Source: an uncultured Planctomycetaceae bacterium | GTDB taxonomy: Bacteria > Planctomycetota > Planctomycetia > Isosphaerales > Isosphaeraceae | DNA length: 64,000 bases | Direction: 5' to 3' | Assembly (NCBI GenBank): GCA_963833985.1 | Contig: CAWIAD010000002.1 | Location: forward strand, 3,488,001 to 3,552,000 | Part shown: in pieces, positions 31,039 through 41,676 of the stretch | Position numbering within the stretch: the stretch's first letter is position 1 | How the letters are laid out: each line of letters starts with the position of its first letter | The notes under the pieces: model-generated | Told to the model about the DNA's origin: nothing | The model's database searches: none | The model's input: only the letters and a program-made list of their open reading frames with translations | Position numbers and translations under genes: made by a program

Positions 31039-32687
31039 CGCGCGATCCACTCCACCCGTTCGGCCGGATCATAGCGGATGTACGCCGTCCGCTCGAAGAA
31101 CGTCACACCCCAGTCGCAGGCCACCTTCCACGCCTTCGCATCCATGCCGAACCGCGCCGCGCACCGGGCTGGGTCGAGCTTCGGTGCCGGTGTGGCATCG
31201 GGCCAGCCGAACGCCCCACGCTGCTTCAGTGATTCGAGAATCGCTTGTGCCAGTGCCGCGTGGCCGCGCACGCTGGGGTGCATCGCGTCCAGAAAGAGCG
31301 TGTCGCCGGGAATGCCGCTGGGGCTCGCGGCCTCGAGCACGGCCTGGCCGTCGACCAGGATCGCTTGCGGATGACGCGCGGCCACCTCGCGATAGACGTC
31401 CTGGAAGTCGCCCGGGCAGCGCATCGGCAGACCGTCATGGTCCCTGGCCGCGCGGAAGTGCCGGCCGGCTTCGGCAAGCTCTCCGCTCTGTTCGAGGAGG
31501 CGGCCAAGACGGTAATGCGCCTCCGCAAAACCAGGCTGGTCGGCGAGCAGCTCCCGGTAGAGGCCGACCGCCCCGGAGGGATCGGTTTGCTCGGCGCCGC
31601 GCACGGCGAGGAACCTCCGGGTGAACGCCTCGCGCCCGGCCTTCGCGGTTGCGGCGGGCAGGCAGGAGCGATTGGGCTCGAACCCCGCGTCGTTGCCCGG
31701 GGGAATGAGCAGCACGGCGAGCGTGCCGATCTGCTCGCAGTGTGCCACGATCGCCTCCAGCCGGCGCTGGAATTCGTGGAGCTGGAAGGCGTACTCCTCG
31801 GGCGTGACGGCCGGCACGTCGACGAGCTGCCGCGTGACCTCCGGCGGCGGTGGTTCGCCCAGCCCGTTGGCCTCGATGGCGTCCTGAATCAGACCGCAAA
31901 GCGGCGAACAGCTGCCCGCGAGCCTGCGCAGGATCTTCCGCGGCCGCGAGGGAATCTCATCCAGGTAATGATCCACCGAACGAGACCAGCGGTAGCGGTA
32001 CGTGAACTCGTTGTGGCCCGAGAAGATGATCACGAGATGCGGCTTGCGAGTGTAGCCGCCGAGCTTCTGGTACATCCATTCCAGGTGCACTCCCGGCTCG
32101 GCCAGGACGTCCAGCCGGAACCGGCGATCAGGGATGGCATCGCCCAGCGCGGCCGCGACGATGCGGCCCGTGGAGAGCCATTTCTCGAACGGCAGGCCGT
32201 AAGCAGCCGATCCGCCCAGGACCACGACATTCACCTCGCGCTCGTCCTGCTTCTCGAACCGCGTGCGCAAGGGGAGCAATGGCAGCTCGCGCCCCACGCG
32301 CGCTCTCCAGACCGCGGCCCCACCTTCCGCGATGAAAATCGCGAACAACCCGGCGGCGCAGAGCACGAGCAGCCGCGAGGCGAGCATGGCGCGGCGTCCT
32401 CGCCTGCGGGACCGCAGCACCAGCAAGGCCGTGACCGGCAAGACGGCCAGGAGAACCGCCAGCGCCACTCCGTAGGCTGGCTGTGCCGCCAGCAGGAACG
32501 CTTGCGCCACGTGCCGAAGCTGCCGCTCGGGGACCGTGGCACGCACCCAGAGGGGAACAACCAGGCCCCCTGTCACGAGCGCCGTGAGCAAAAGAGCAAT
32601 CATCGCCAGCCGGGCCCATCGCACGGTAACCAGCGCCTCTCCTCTGTCCGACGCCACCGCCTCCCCCCGAGCGCCCGCGTCACGCAT
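30897..32687 (-). CDS. Membrane-anchored SGNH-like / TPR protein
   Basis: VVLGGSAAYG, FSGHNEF, DAMHP; TPR-like AEAHYRLGRLL; start uncertain. Confidence 0.7.
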   Translation of the reverse strand: MRDAGARGEAVASDRGEALVTVRWARLAMIALLLTALVTGGLVVPLWVRATVPERQLRHVAQAFLLAAQPAYGVALAVLLAVLPVTALLVLRSRRRGRRAMLASRLLVLCAAGLFAIFIAEGGAAVWRARVGRELPLLPLRTRFEKQDEREVNVVVLGGSAAYGLPFEKWLSTGRIVAAALGDAIPDRRFRLDVLAEPGVHLEWMYQKLGGYTRKPHLVIIFSGHNEFTYRYRWSRSVDHYLDEIPSRPRKILRRLAGSCSPLCGLIQDAIEANGLGEPPPPEVTRQLVDVPAVTPEEYAFQLHEFQRRLEAIVAHCEQIGTLAVLLIPPGNDAGFEPNRSCLPAATAKAGREAFTRRFLAVRGAEQTDPSGAVGLYRELLADQPGFAEAHYRLGRLLEQSGELAEAGRHFRAARDHDGLPMRCPGDFQDVYREVAARHPQAILVDGQAVLEAASPSGIPGDTLFLDAMHPSVRGHAALAQAILESLKQRGAFGWPDATPAPKLDPARCAARFGMDAKAWKVACDWGVTFFERTAYIRYDPAERVEWIARYRRGGTAIAGGLDPDAAGLPGIGVRAASSAADRLHTSMAPNRASKR

Positions 32688-33000
32688 TGTGGAATCGCGG
32701 GTCTTCGAGGGTCGAGGTCTCCACAGCGGCCGGACTGCCGGACACCGATACCGGCATTGAAGGATCGGGTTCCCGGGACGTCGTCGCGTCGTTGCTGCTT
32801 GTTCGGACATTCAGTTCGGACCGATGGCGATACAGGATCGCGAGCAGTTCATCGTCGTCGATCTCCCCAAGGCCCCGACCAAGATGAGCTTCTCCCAGAA
32901 AGCCCAGGTGAGCGAGCAACTGGCCGAGCCGCACATCCGGTGACAGGGCCCAGATCTCGGCCAGAACGGCGAGCGGTTCTCTCTGCGTGGTCGGGGTCAT
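32680..33000 (-). CDS. Small hypothetical protein (antitoxin-like partner)
   Basis: PDVRLGQLLAHL...IDDDELLA; ATGA-coupled to the upstream ORF. Confidence 0.65.
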   Translation of the reverse strand: MTPTTQREPLAVLAEIWALSPDVRLGQLLAHLGFLGEAHLGRGLGEIDDDELLAILYRHRSELNVRTSSNDATTSREPDPSMPVSVSGSPAAVETSTLEDPRFHNA

Positions 33001-33293
33001 CGAAGCAGATCTCCAATCCTGGGCTCGGCAGCAAAAGCCCTGGGAAGCTTGCCGATCACCTCGACGCGGAGGAGAACCCCTGGCGCGAGCTTGGCAATGC
33101 GGGTCGCACGAGTCACTCCAGTATACCGGACGAGCACGCCGTCTGACGCCTCGTCAACCCAGGGCGGTGGCATCCCGATCGATGATCTGCCGAAGAGCGA
33201 GATCTGCCTGGCCAACCGCGCCGGATCGGCTCCCTGCCGCCTCGAGGGAGGAACTCGCAGCTCCCGAGGGTCCACATCACGGAAGTCCTGCAT
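32997..33293 (-). CDS. Small ParB/Srx-like protein
   Basis: MPPP...DG...YTGVTRATR resembles the ParB/Srx core. Confidence 0.5.
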   Translation of the reverse strand: MQDFRDVDPRELRVPPSRRQGADPARLARQISLFGRSSIGMPPPWVDEASDGVLVRYTGVTRATRIAKLAPGVLLRVEVIGKLPRAFAAEPRIGDLLR

Positions 33294-33344
33294 CGAGTCG
33301 AAACCTGGCATGAACCCAGCGATACGCAAGAGCTGCTTGCGATC

Positions 33345-33443
33345 TGGCGGGAGCGTATGGGAATCGAACCCACCAGGAGCCTGTTTCCAGACCCCTCACC
33401 GGTTTTGAAGACCGGGCCCGGCACCAGCCATGGACACGCTCCC
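33345..33443 (-). tRNA. selC: tRNA-Sec (anticodon UCA)
   Basis: 8-bp acceptor stem GGGAGCGT/ACGCTCCC, anticodon loop CTTCAAA, long variable arm, GGTTCGATTCC, encoded CCA. Confidence 0.95.
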
Positions 33444-33712
33444 CGCGCGAGGCTTTATTCTGACCGAGCCCGAACCGTCCCGTCCAGTGCCCGGAAGGGG
33501 CCTCTTTTTCAGGGTCTGGGGCATGGCCGGCGTGTGAGGCTGAACTCGGACGATGCCGCCGTCGGTTCCCGTCCGATACACCGGCAATGAGAATCATGGG
33601 CCTGTCCCTCGAGAGTCTTGTTCCAATGAGGTGCGACCCGGACATCACGCCCGTCCGGGTTCCGCTGGACCAGAACGCATACGCACGCGTTGAATTGAAA
33701 ACGACCCAGGAA

Positions 33713-36097
33713 TCAGGGTTCGTAGCAGCCGGGGATCAGTATCGAGGGGACGCGACCGGCGGCGTGCAGGCGAAGCAGCGCGTGGCCCGTGCCCGCCAGG
33801 CCGAGCATGAGCGAGGGGTTCACGGCCGTGGACACCAGGCCGGAGGGGTAATCACAGGCTGTGCCGTGACGCTCGATGAGCACCCGCGCGATCTCGCCGG
33901 CCTGGTCGAGACACGCAGGGTCCTGGAGCTGAATTCCGGCGCAGAGCAGCACTTCAAGCAGTCCGGCCAGTCCGTGGCAAAGCGACGCGTCATGCCCGCG
34001 CCGTGGAAGGTTTTCCTGGACCGCGGCCAGGGTCGTCGCCAGGGCAGCCTGCGCCATCGCGCGGTGCCCTTCCCCTTGCTCCGGGTCCAGGGCCATGGCG
34101 CGCAGGCGGGCGAGTGCGATCCCGGGCGCGCCATGGCACCAGGCCCGGCCATGACCGGGAGGACGGGGCGGTCCCAGGGCATCCACGGTGAACCTCAGAT
34201 CCGGCCAGTTGCCGGCGGCCTCGTCGAAGAGGGAATCCTCGTAAGCGAAGGCGCCGCGGGCAGCTTCCTGGTAACCGGGGCGTCCCGTTGCCGCATGCAG
34301 CTCCAGCAGGGCCAGGGCAATGCCCGAGGCGCCGTGGCTCATGCCCGTGAGCGGTAGCGTCGCGGCGGACCCATCGCCGACGGCACCGGAGGACCACATC
34401 CAGATCGGGCCGGCACGGTCGGCCTGGCGGCAAAGCTGGTCACCGAGAGCCCGCGCCCATGCAAGGTGACGCTCGCTCCGGACAGGCGGGGCCAGCTCCC
34501 GGTGCAGGGCCAGCAGCGCGAGGATCGCCCCGGCGCTGCCGCCGATCAGGTCGATGGCATGCGGTTCGTCGACGGCCTCGTCGAGATGATCGAGCAGGAT
34601 CTCCGCCCGTGCGTGCAGTTCGTCGGCGCGGGTGAGGACGGCCACGCGATGCGCTGCGTACGCCACGCCGAGCTGGCCCGCGAACAGTGAAATGGGCGCC
34701 AGAGCGGAGACCGGGTCCTGCCAGTCGGTGACGGCCCGGAGCGAGCGGTTCATGGCGGCCATGGCGGTGCGGCGCAGCCCATGGTCCCCGGTGAGCCCGT
34801 GAACCTCGGCCAGGAAGAGGGCAACGCCCGCTGATCCGCCGTAGAGCTCCGGCCCGAGCGCCGCGGACGCGGGAACGATCGCACCACCGGGCTTCAGTTC
34901 GTCGGGAGAACGGCCCATCCAGTTGCAGAGAAGACCCGACGTGTCCCAGAAGGCCGCACGGCACAGGCTCTCAGCAATGCGGACTGCCGCGTCCAGCGGC
35001 GAAAGGGTCCGCTGTACAGCAGGCGCCGGGCCGCCCGCACTTGCGATCGACGGACGACGCTCCGCACAGGGCCTCCAGCCGGATAACGGCTCGAACGACG
35101 CGAACGTCGAGCCGGGCGCGAGATACGGGTACGCGGGGTCGAGTTGATTCTGGCGGAACGACTCGATGACCACCTGCAAACGGTCATCACCGATGCGGCC
35201 CCTGGCAAAAGCGTCCCAGAGCGCCCCTGCAATCAGCCGGCAGCGATGCTCGCCGTAGCTTGGTGAAGCCGGCGAGACCTCGACCATGGCCAGGCCGTCC
35301 GCCAGGCGATGCGTGAGCAGGGGCGTTTCAGGCCGCAGCTCCGCGGCGACGGACTCATAGATCGGCCCCATGGCACCGGCCAGGGCAGGGGCGTGGCGGC
35401 GGCCCACGTACAGGACTCCGGCGTCGGCGCGATGGTAGGCATCCGGATCTCTCAGGACCTTGAGCCGGAACGGGATGGCGCGCGCGTTCAGAGCGGAGCT
35501 TGCCACGGCGACGAAGCGTGTTGCGGCCTGGCGCGTGAGGTGCCAGTAGAACCGCCATTGTCGATCGCCGCCGTTTACCACGTCATCCAGCGCATCCTCG
35601 TCGGCATCGCCGTGAACGTAGAAGAACCCGGGCATGAGATGCCGCAGTTCCCTGGGAACGCGAAGCCGGCAGTGCTCTCCGGGAATCAGGCGGCCGCTGC
35701 CGGTGCGGACGTCCCGCGCGCTGGCCCGGACCTCGAGGTCCCCGCGGCCGACGACGACCTGACCGTCGTCTTCGACCACACGGACGGTCCAGTCCGGGCT
35801 CCAGGCGCCTTGCCCCGCATTCGCCGCCGACAGCGCGGCCAGGAAGTCGCGGCGGTCGCTCCAGCCCGAGCCGCAGGGAATTCCGGCTGGCGCGCTTCGG
35901 GTGTAGAGCCGGCGGTAGAGCTCACCGGCGAGCGAGTTCAACAGCGGCGCTGGACCTGGTTGTGGATCGTCCGACGCATCCCCCTCGCATTCTTCGAATT
36001 GCCGCGTGTCGTCCAGGATCCGGTAGCCCGCGGGCGAGAGGATCTGGACAGCCTGCACCATGGTTTCCAGGTCGGGATGGAAATGGACTTGCGGCAT
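33713..36097 (-). CDS. HopA1-like (LanY/TvaD-type) phospho-lyase fused to a Zn-dependent LanC cyclase
   Basis: N-half RFYWHL, FRLKVL, RADAGVLY, SYGEHRCRLIA; C-half LYGGSAG, DLIGGSAG, GMSHGASG, WPDLR, WCHGAPG, LCHGLAG; ATG overlaps the kinase TGA. Confidence 0.85.
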   Translation of the reverse strand: MPQVHFHPDLETMVQAVQILSPAGYRILDDTRQFEECEGDASDDPQPGPAPLLNSLAGELYRRLYTRSAPAGIPCGSGWSDRRDFLAALSAANAGQGAWSPDWTVRVVEDDGQVVVGRGDLEVRASARDVRTGSGRLIPGEHCRLRVPRELRHLMPGFFYVHGDADEDALDDVVNGGDRQWRFYWHLTRQAATRFVAVASSALNARAIPFRLKVLRDPDAYHRADAGVLYVGRRHAPALAGAMGPIYESVAAELRPETPLLTHRLADGLAMVEVSPASPSYGEHRCRLIAGALWDAFARGRIGDDRLQVVIESFRQNQLDPAYPYLAPGSTFASFEPLSGWRPCAERRPSIASAGGPAPAVQRTLSPLDAAVRIAESLCRAAFWDTSGLLCNWMGRSPDELKPGGAIVPASAALGPELYGGSAGVALFLAEVHGLTGDHGLRRTAMAAMNRSLRAVTDWQDPVSALAPISLFAGQLGVAYAAHRVAVLTRADELHARAEILLDHLDEAVDEPHAIDLIGGSAGAILALLALHRELAPPVRSERHLAWARALGDQLCRQADRAGPIWMWSSGAVGDGSAATLPLTGMSHGASGIALALLELHAATGRPGYQEAARGAFAYEDSLFDEAAGNWPDLRFTVDALGPPRPPGHGRAWCHGAPGIALARLRAMALDPEQGEGHRAMAQAALATTLAAVQENLPRRGHDASLCHGLAGLLEVLLCAGIQLQDPACLDQAGEIARVLIERHGTACDYPSGLVSTAVNPSLMLGLAGTGHALLRLHAAGRVPSILIPGCYEP

Positions 36098-37240
36098 CAC
36101 GCGGACGACCCGGTGGAAAGGCCGTAGAAACCAAGCCGGCCGCGACACGTATCGGCCAGCAGGTTGGCGCCAAGCTGGAGCAGGAGCACGGCCTGTGTGG
36201 GCAGGACTTCCCGCTCCAGCGACAGCTCGTGCGCCGCCTGGATGAGACGTGCCGCCGAGAAGGCGACCGCGCGCTCGAGCAATTCCAGGGCGCTTGAGCC
36301 ACCGGCGCCGGCGTGGCATGACGCCGTCTGGGAGTACCCTTCCCAGAGCGCTCGGATGGCGGGTCGCAGCGCGCTCAGGGGATACTTCGCCCGACCGATC
36401 ATCTCTTCCACGGCGAGTTCCGGCTTCAGGGGCATGGACCCGATCCAGAGCATGACAAAATCGTGCAGGGCCGAGGCCAGGTCCCAGGCGGGGTCGCCGC
36501 GGTGCACGAATTCCCAGTCGACGAGCCAGATGGAAGCACTCGCGACCGATTGCCCCTCGTGTGTGCTGGCGACAAGGATGTTGTCGGCCTTGATATCGCC
36601 GTGAATGACCGTCTCTTCCCGCCACATCGCACCGAGACGCTCGACGCGGCTCCCAGGCCGGCTGCGCTGCGAAGGAGCCGGAACACGTCGGCCCCGGCAG
36701 GGCTAAGGTCGATGAGCATGCCCGGAGTCGGTTTCCGATGGGCCGCGAAGACCCAGGGCACCGGCCGCCCCAGCCAGCCTAGGCTGTCGTGGGCTGCCAG
36801 TTCCGGCCCGCGGAACACCCCGTGCAACGTGCCCAGCGCCCGGCCCAGGGCGTGGCTGGGCGCGACCGGGAACGCATCGGCCGGGTGTCCAAGATGGTGG
36901 GCGAGCAGAGTCCGGCGCCGGGAATCAGTTCCAGGGCGTGGGCCCCGTCCTCGCGGTCGAGCCAGCGGAGGCCTGGCAAGTACCTTGCCAGTTCCGCGGC
37001 TGCCGGTTCGTTGTGGCAAAAGTCGTAGAAGTGCGCTTCGTTCCTGAGCGTGTGGGAACTGGCCGGCGAGAGCGCATCGGGCTGCTTCACGAGCAGGCCG
37101 GCGCCGCCGGGTCCCTCCACCCTGAGGTTGCGGTTGCGCCGCGCCGCGCTGCGGACGGTCAGGCGGCCTTGAACGATCCAGTCTCGGTCCACGAGATTCT
37201 GTTCGAGCAAGAACGGGATCACGGTGTCGACGTCCAGCAT
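36097..37240 (-). CDS. APH-family phosphotransferase (LanK/TvaC-type kinase), frameshifts near 36912 and 36644
   Basis: RRNRN, LLVKQ, HGDIKADNIL, LVDWE, GDPAWDLA spread over three frames. Confidence 0.82.
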
Positions 37241-37339
37241 CGAGCGGCTCGCGGGTAAGGTCAGCCGGCAAAACAGGGCGGCTTGAGACGTCGGGTAACG
37301 GGTCGCATGGGCCTGCGGCGTCCGAACCGCGGCACGACA

Positions 37340-37867
37340 TCAAGGGTAAGGGTGAGGGTAGATTGGATCCGACACGCACACGCCGGTCAGGTGGCAATTG
37401 GAGGTCCCGCCAGTGCCGCCTGTGCCGCCGGTGCCACTGGGTGTCTCAACGCCTGACAGTGGCCTGCACGGCGTGGTGTGCACGAGGTTCTTGTCCTCGT
37501 TCTCGACCAGGATGTTCACGGTGAGGCCGGCCGCGGACGTGGACAGGCTTTTTGAGGAGATCGCGCCTTTCAGATACCCGGCCTCGACCTGCTGCGACGA
37601 GACCACTCGATTGATACTGGCGGTGGCGCTGACCACCAGCTTCGTGGGACTCGATTGCTGCCCGGGGACCGATCGCTCGGCCCAGACAATCTCGCCCCTG
37701 GGGATCTCCAGGTAGCAGCGCAGGTCCAGGTCCGGATAGATGGTCACGGTCTGTTCGGTGACCGTGTCGATGTAGCCGTGAAGGATGATGAACTGGCGCT
37801 GGTCGTCGGGCCTGGGCTTGAGGGCCTGGAGAAGCGGATTGGTGAAGAGTTCCAGGGAGTTGCTCAC
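37340..37867 (-). CDS. Candidate RiPP precursor: long leader domain plus Ser/Thr/Cys-rich tail
   Basis: GTG start with AGGAG; last 46 aa HTTPCRPLSGVETPSGTGGTGGTGGTSNCHLTGVCVSDPIYPHPYP contain 12 Ser/Thr and 3 Cys. Confidence 0.65.
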   Translation of the reverse strand: MSNSLELFTNPLLQALKPRPDDQRQFIILHGYIDTVTEQTVTIYPDLDLRCYLEIPRGEIVWAERSVPGQQSSPTKLVVSATASINRVVSSQQVEAGYLKGAISSKSLSTSAAGLTVNILVENEDKNLVHTTPCRPLSGVETPSGTGGTGGTGGTSNCHLTGVCVSDPIYPHPYP

Positions 37868-37962
37868 AGGACCTGCTCCTTCGACGTAGTAGAAAAGTGC
37901 TGGATGGTTCAGAGTCTAACGAAGCCGGATTCTTGACGGTGAGCCGTCTTCGGGCGGCCGGA

Positions 37963-40900
37963 TCAGCGGACTCGGTTCCCCGCGAGGGAACGGCGTGCCG
38001 TCCAGGCGCTGGAGTCAAGTACGTGGATCACGCCATCGTCGCCAAGGCCAAGCCCGGTGAGGCTCTCGAGTTCGGCGGCGACATTGGCTGCATCCGCCAC
38101 ATCGGCGGCCTCCGCGGCGGACGGGGCGGCAGCCACGCTCCAGAGGCGCGCCGTGAGGTCTTCACAGCGCGTCAGGACCGCGCGATCGTCCGGCGAGAGG
38201 GCAACGCTGAAGACCTCAAAAGGGTCTCCGCCCGGTTTGCGAGGATGCGCAAGGGCCGGGCCGATGGGCCGTCCCGTGCCGGCATCCCAGAGGCTGGCCG
38301 TCCCGTCCTGGCTGCCTGTCAGGGCCAGCCGTCCGTCCCGGCTGAAGGCCACGGTCGTCACCGCGGCCTGATGCAGCAAGGGCTGACCGCGCGGCGTGCG
38401 GGACGCGGCATCCCACAATCTGGCACGCCCGTCGATGCAGCCTGTGAGGACGGTCTGGCCGTCTGGACTGACGGCCACGGCGGCCACGCCGGCCGGGTGG
38501 ATCAGGGGGGCTCCGCGCTGCACCCCGGTTGTGATGCTCCAGAACCGGGCCTGGTTGTCGAGGCAGCCGCTGACCAGGGTCTCTCCATCCGGGCAGAGCG
38601 CCAGCGCCACGACCGGCCCGGTATGCGGCAGCGGAGGCAGCTTCGCGGCCCCGGTGTCCGGGTCCCAGAGTCGCACGGTCGTATCGACGCTGGCGGTGAT
38701 GGCCGTGCGTCCGTCCCGACTGAACCGGCCCTCGAAGATCACCGTCTCGTGCCTCAGCACCGCGCCGCGCGGGACTCCGCTCTGCACGTCGCAGAGGCGG
38801 GCCGTGCCGTCCAGGCTGCTGAAGAGCACCGTTCTCCCATCCGGGCTGAACGCGGCCGACTTGACCCGCTTCGCGAACCGCAATGCCTGGCCCACTGGCC
38901 GGAGAGCCGCCAGGTCCCAGAGCTGGGCCCCGCCGTTTTGTCCGCCCACCGCGACGCACTGTTCGTCCGGGCTCGACGCCAGAACGCTGACCGGCTCGCC
39001 CGTGGCAAGAGGAGCGGCTTGCGGCTGCCCGGACGTCGCGGAGCAAAGCAGCACCGTGCCGTCACCTGTCCCCAGCAGGAGGCGCTTGCCGGCGGACCCG
39101 TAGGCCGCGTACTGCACCGCGCCGGCATGCGGCAGCTCGCGGACCGCGTTCCTGTCCGGCCGCGCGTCCCAGAGCCGGCTGGTCCGGTCGGCCCCGGCGG
39201 TGAGGAGCTTGAGACCGTCGGGACTGAATGCCACGCTGTTGACCCTGCTCTCGTGGCGAAAATCGCGGCCCAGCGGCCGGCCGGTGCGTGCGTCCCAGAG
39301 CCGTGCCGAGTGGTCCCAGCTGCCCGTTGCCAGGGTCTGGCCGTCCGGGCTGAACGCGAGGGACCAGACCCGGTCATCGTGCCGCAGAATATCCCCCCGG
39401 CGCAGTCCCGTGGCAACCTCCCAGAGCCGCGCCGTATGGTCGGCTCCCGCGGTTGCCAGGGTCTGCCCGACCGGGCTGAAGACGGCCACCCAGACCTCGC
39501 CGTCGTGCGCCAGCTTGTGCAGCAGACGGCCGCTGGAGACGTCCCAGAGCCGAGCGAAGTGATCCGCGCTGGCGGTGGCCGCGACCTTGCCGTCGGGGCT
39601 GAGATCGACCCACTTGACCTGGTTCTCGTGTCGCCAGGGTTCTCCCAGAGGCCGCCCCGTGGCAACCTCCCAGAGCCGCGCCGTGCCGTCGTCGCCACCG
39701 GTGAGAAGCGTCTCTCCGCCGGCTGCCAGCGCCACCGAGACGATCCGGTCCGGATGGCCGGGTAGCTCACGCAGCAGCCGGCCGTCGGCCACGCTCCAGA
39801 GGCGCGGCTTACCGTCGGCGCCAGCCGTCACGAGCCGCGTTCCGTCGGAGCTGAAGACCCCCTGAGACACCTCGCCGCGGTGTCCCACGAGGTCGTGCCG
39901 CAGTGCCCCGCTGCCGGCATCCCAGAGCCGCGCCTCGCCGCTCAGGCTGGTGGTGAGCACCGTCTTGCCGTCAGGGCTGAACGCCCCGGTCCAGACCACG
40001 CCCCGGTGCGGCAAGGGCGGTCCCACGGGCATGCCGCTCGTGGTATCCCAGAGCCGTGCGGCCTGGTCGGCGCCGGCGGTGAGCACCGCCTTGCCGTCGG
40101 GGCTGAAGGTGGCGAACTTCACCTCGCCGGCGTGCGAGAACACCGCCTCCAGGTTCGGGTAGGAACGTTGCCAGGCCGCCAGGTTCTCCCGGGCGATGCG
40201 CGCAGCGCGGGGTCGCCGGCAGCACGAGCGGCATGCAGACTGCGGGCCAGCCAGTGGAGACCGGGGCCAACATCGCCGCGCTCGCAGGCGGCGCGGCCGA
40301 GCCCGAAATCGAGCACTGCAAGCTCACGGGTGGACTGGTTCAGCAGGCGAGCGCGGTTCAGGGAATAGAGGGTCGAGAGGATGGTCACGGCCACCAGGGA
40401 GGCCGACATGCCTCCCAGGGCGGATGCCAGCGCGGGGTTGCGCAGGCACCAACGCCAGGCGCGCTCCGCCGAGCTGACCGGCCGGGCCTTGATCGGTTTG
40501 TTCTCGAGGAACCGCCGCAGGTCCTCGCTCAGCTCCGCGGCCGTCTGGTAACGGCTGGCAGGGGTCTTGTGCATGGCTTTCAGGCAGATCGTCTCCAGGT
40601 CCCGCGGAACCCGGTCGTTGAGCTTACGGGGGGGCCGTGGATCATCATGGATCACCTGGTCCAGCAGCATCCGCGCTGTCCCGTGAAACGGCAGCTCGCC
40701 ACTGATCATCTGGTAGAGCACGACGCCGAGGCTGTAGACGTCGCTGCGCCGATCCACCTTGCTCTGCTCGCCGCGCGCCTGTTCGGGAGGCATGTACGCC
40801 GGGGTGCCGAGGATCTGGCCGTCCACCGTGATCGAGATCTCGCCGGCCTCGCGCTTGGCCAGCCCGAAATCCATGAGGATTGGCTGGCCCTCGTTGTCGA

Positions 40901-41676
40901 TCATGATGTTCTGCGCCTTCACGTCGCGATGCACCACGTTCCCCTGGTGGGCGGCGTGCAAGGCGTCGGCCAGCTCGGCCGCCGTCCAGGCCGCCTCCCG
41001 AAACGTGGGCCGGCGGGTCTTGAGCGACTCGGCGAGCGTCACCCCGGTGATGAAGTGGCTGACGATGTACGGGATGCCCTCGAACTCGTCAGCCTCGATC
41101 ACGCGGACGATGGCTCGATGGTTGAGCCGGGCAACGGTGCGCGCCTCCTCCCAGAACCGCTCGCGCGAGCCGTTCTCACCCAGCGAGCCGGCGCAGCAGC
41201 TTCACGGCGACATCACGCTGGAGCTTCGAGTCGTAGGCCCTGTAGACCGTGCCGAACGCGCCGGTGCCGACCGGCTCGACCAGCTCGTACGAGGAAATCC
41301 GGTTCGTGCCCAGGGAAACCGTCCGGGGCAGCCTCACGGAGCTGCCAAGGGCAATTCGCGAGTGGCACGTGGGACATTCCAGGTGGTCGGCGGGCGCCTG
41401 GTCGACCAGCTCGATGCCCGCCCCACAGTTGGGGCAGTGCAGCTTGAGCGACCGCAAGGGTTCCAGCACGACCCCGTCGCGCGTGGTCTCGTGCGGCGGC
41501 GCCAGGAAGTCCTCGCGCTCGGCCTGGGCGTCGCGGGCCAGCAGCCGCTCGACCTCGGCGCGCAGGTCCGGTTCCTCACCGCAACGGCTCTGGAGCAGCG
41601 CCTGCCGCTCTTCCGCGGAGAGCGGCAACGCTTCGTGGAACAGCTCGTAGACGCGCTGCCACACACCTTCGGTCAT
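37963..41676 (-). CDS. Hanks-type Ser/Thr kinase with Zn ribbon, TM and WD40 repeats; frameshifts near 41195 and 40200
   Basis: CPNC..CPTC, GTGAFG, VAVK, HRDVKAQN, DFG, GTPAYMPPE; many FSPDG...ARLWD repeats. Confidence 0.9.

Noticed and set aside
36098..36625. N-terminal extension of the 970-aa ORF
   Set aside because: It overlaps the kinase C-terminus; the coupled ATG at 36097 is the better start.
33345..37867. Functional link between tRNA-Sec and the RiPP (selenopeptide)
   Set aside because: The precursor TGA follows the tail with no convincing read-through ORF or SECIS that I can identify; adjacency alone is insufficient.
37897..39765. Long antisense ORFs (also 21480-23696, 31245-33146, 57205-58965)
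   Set aside because: Shadow frames opposite well-supported genes, as expected at high GC.
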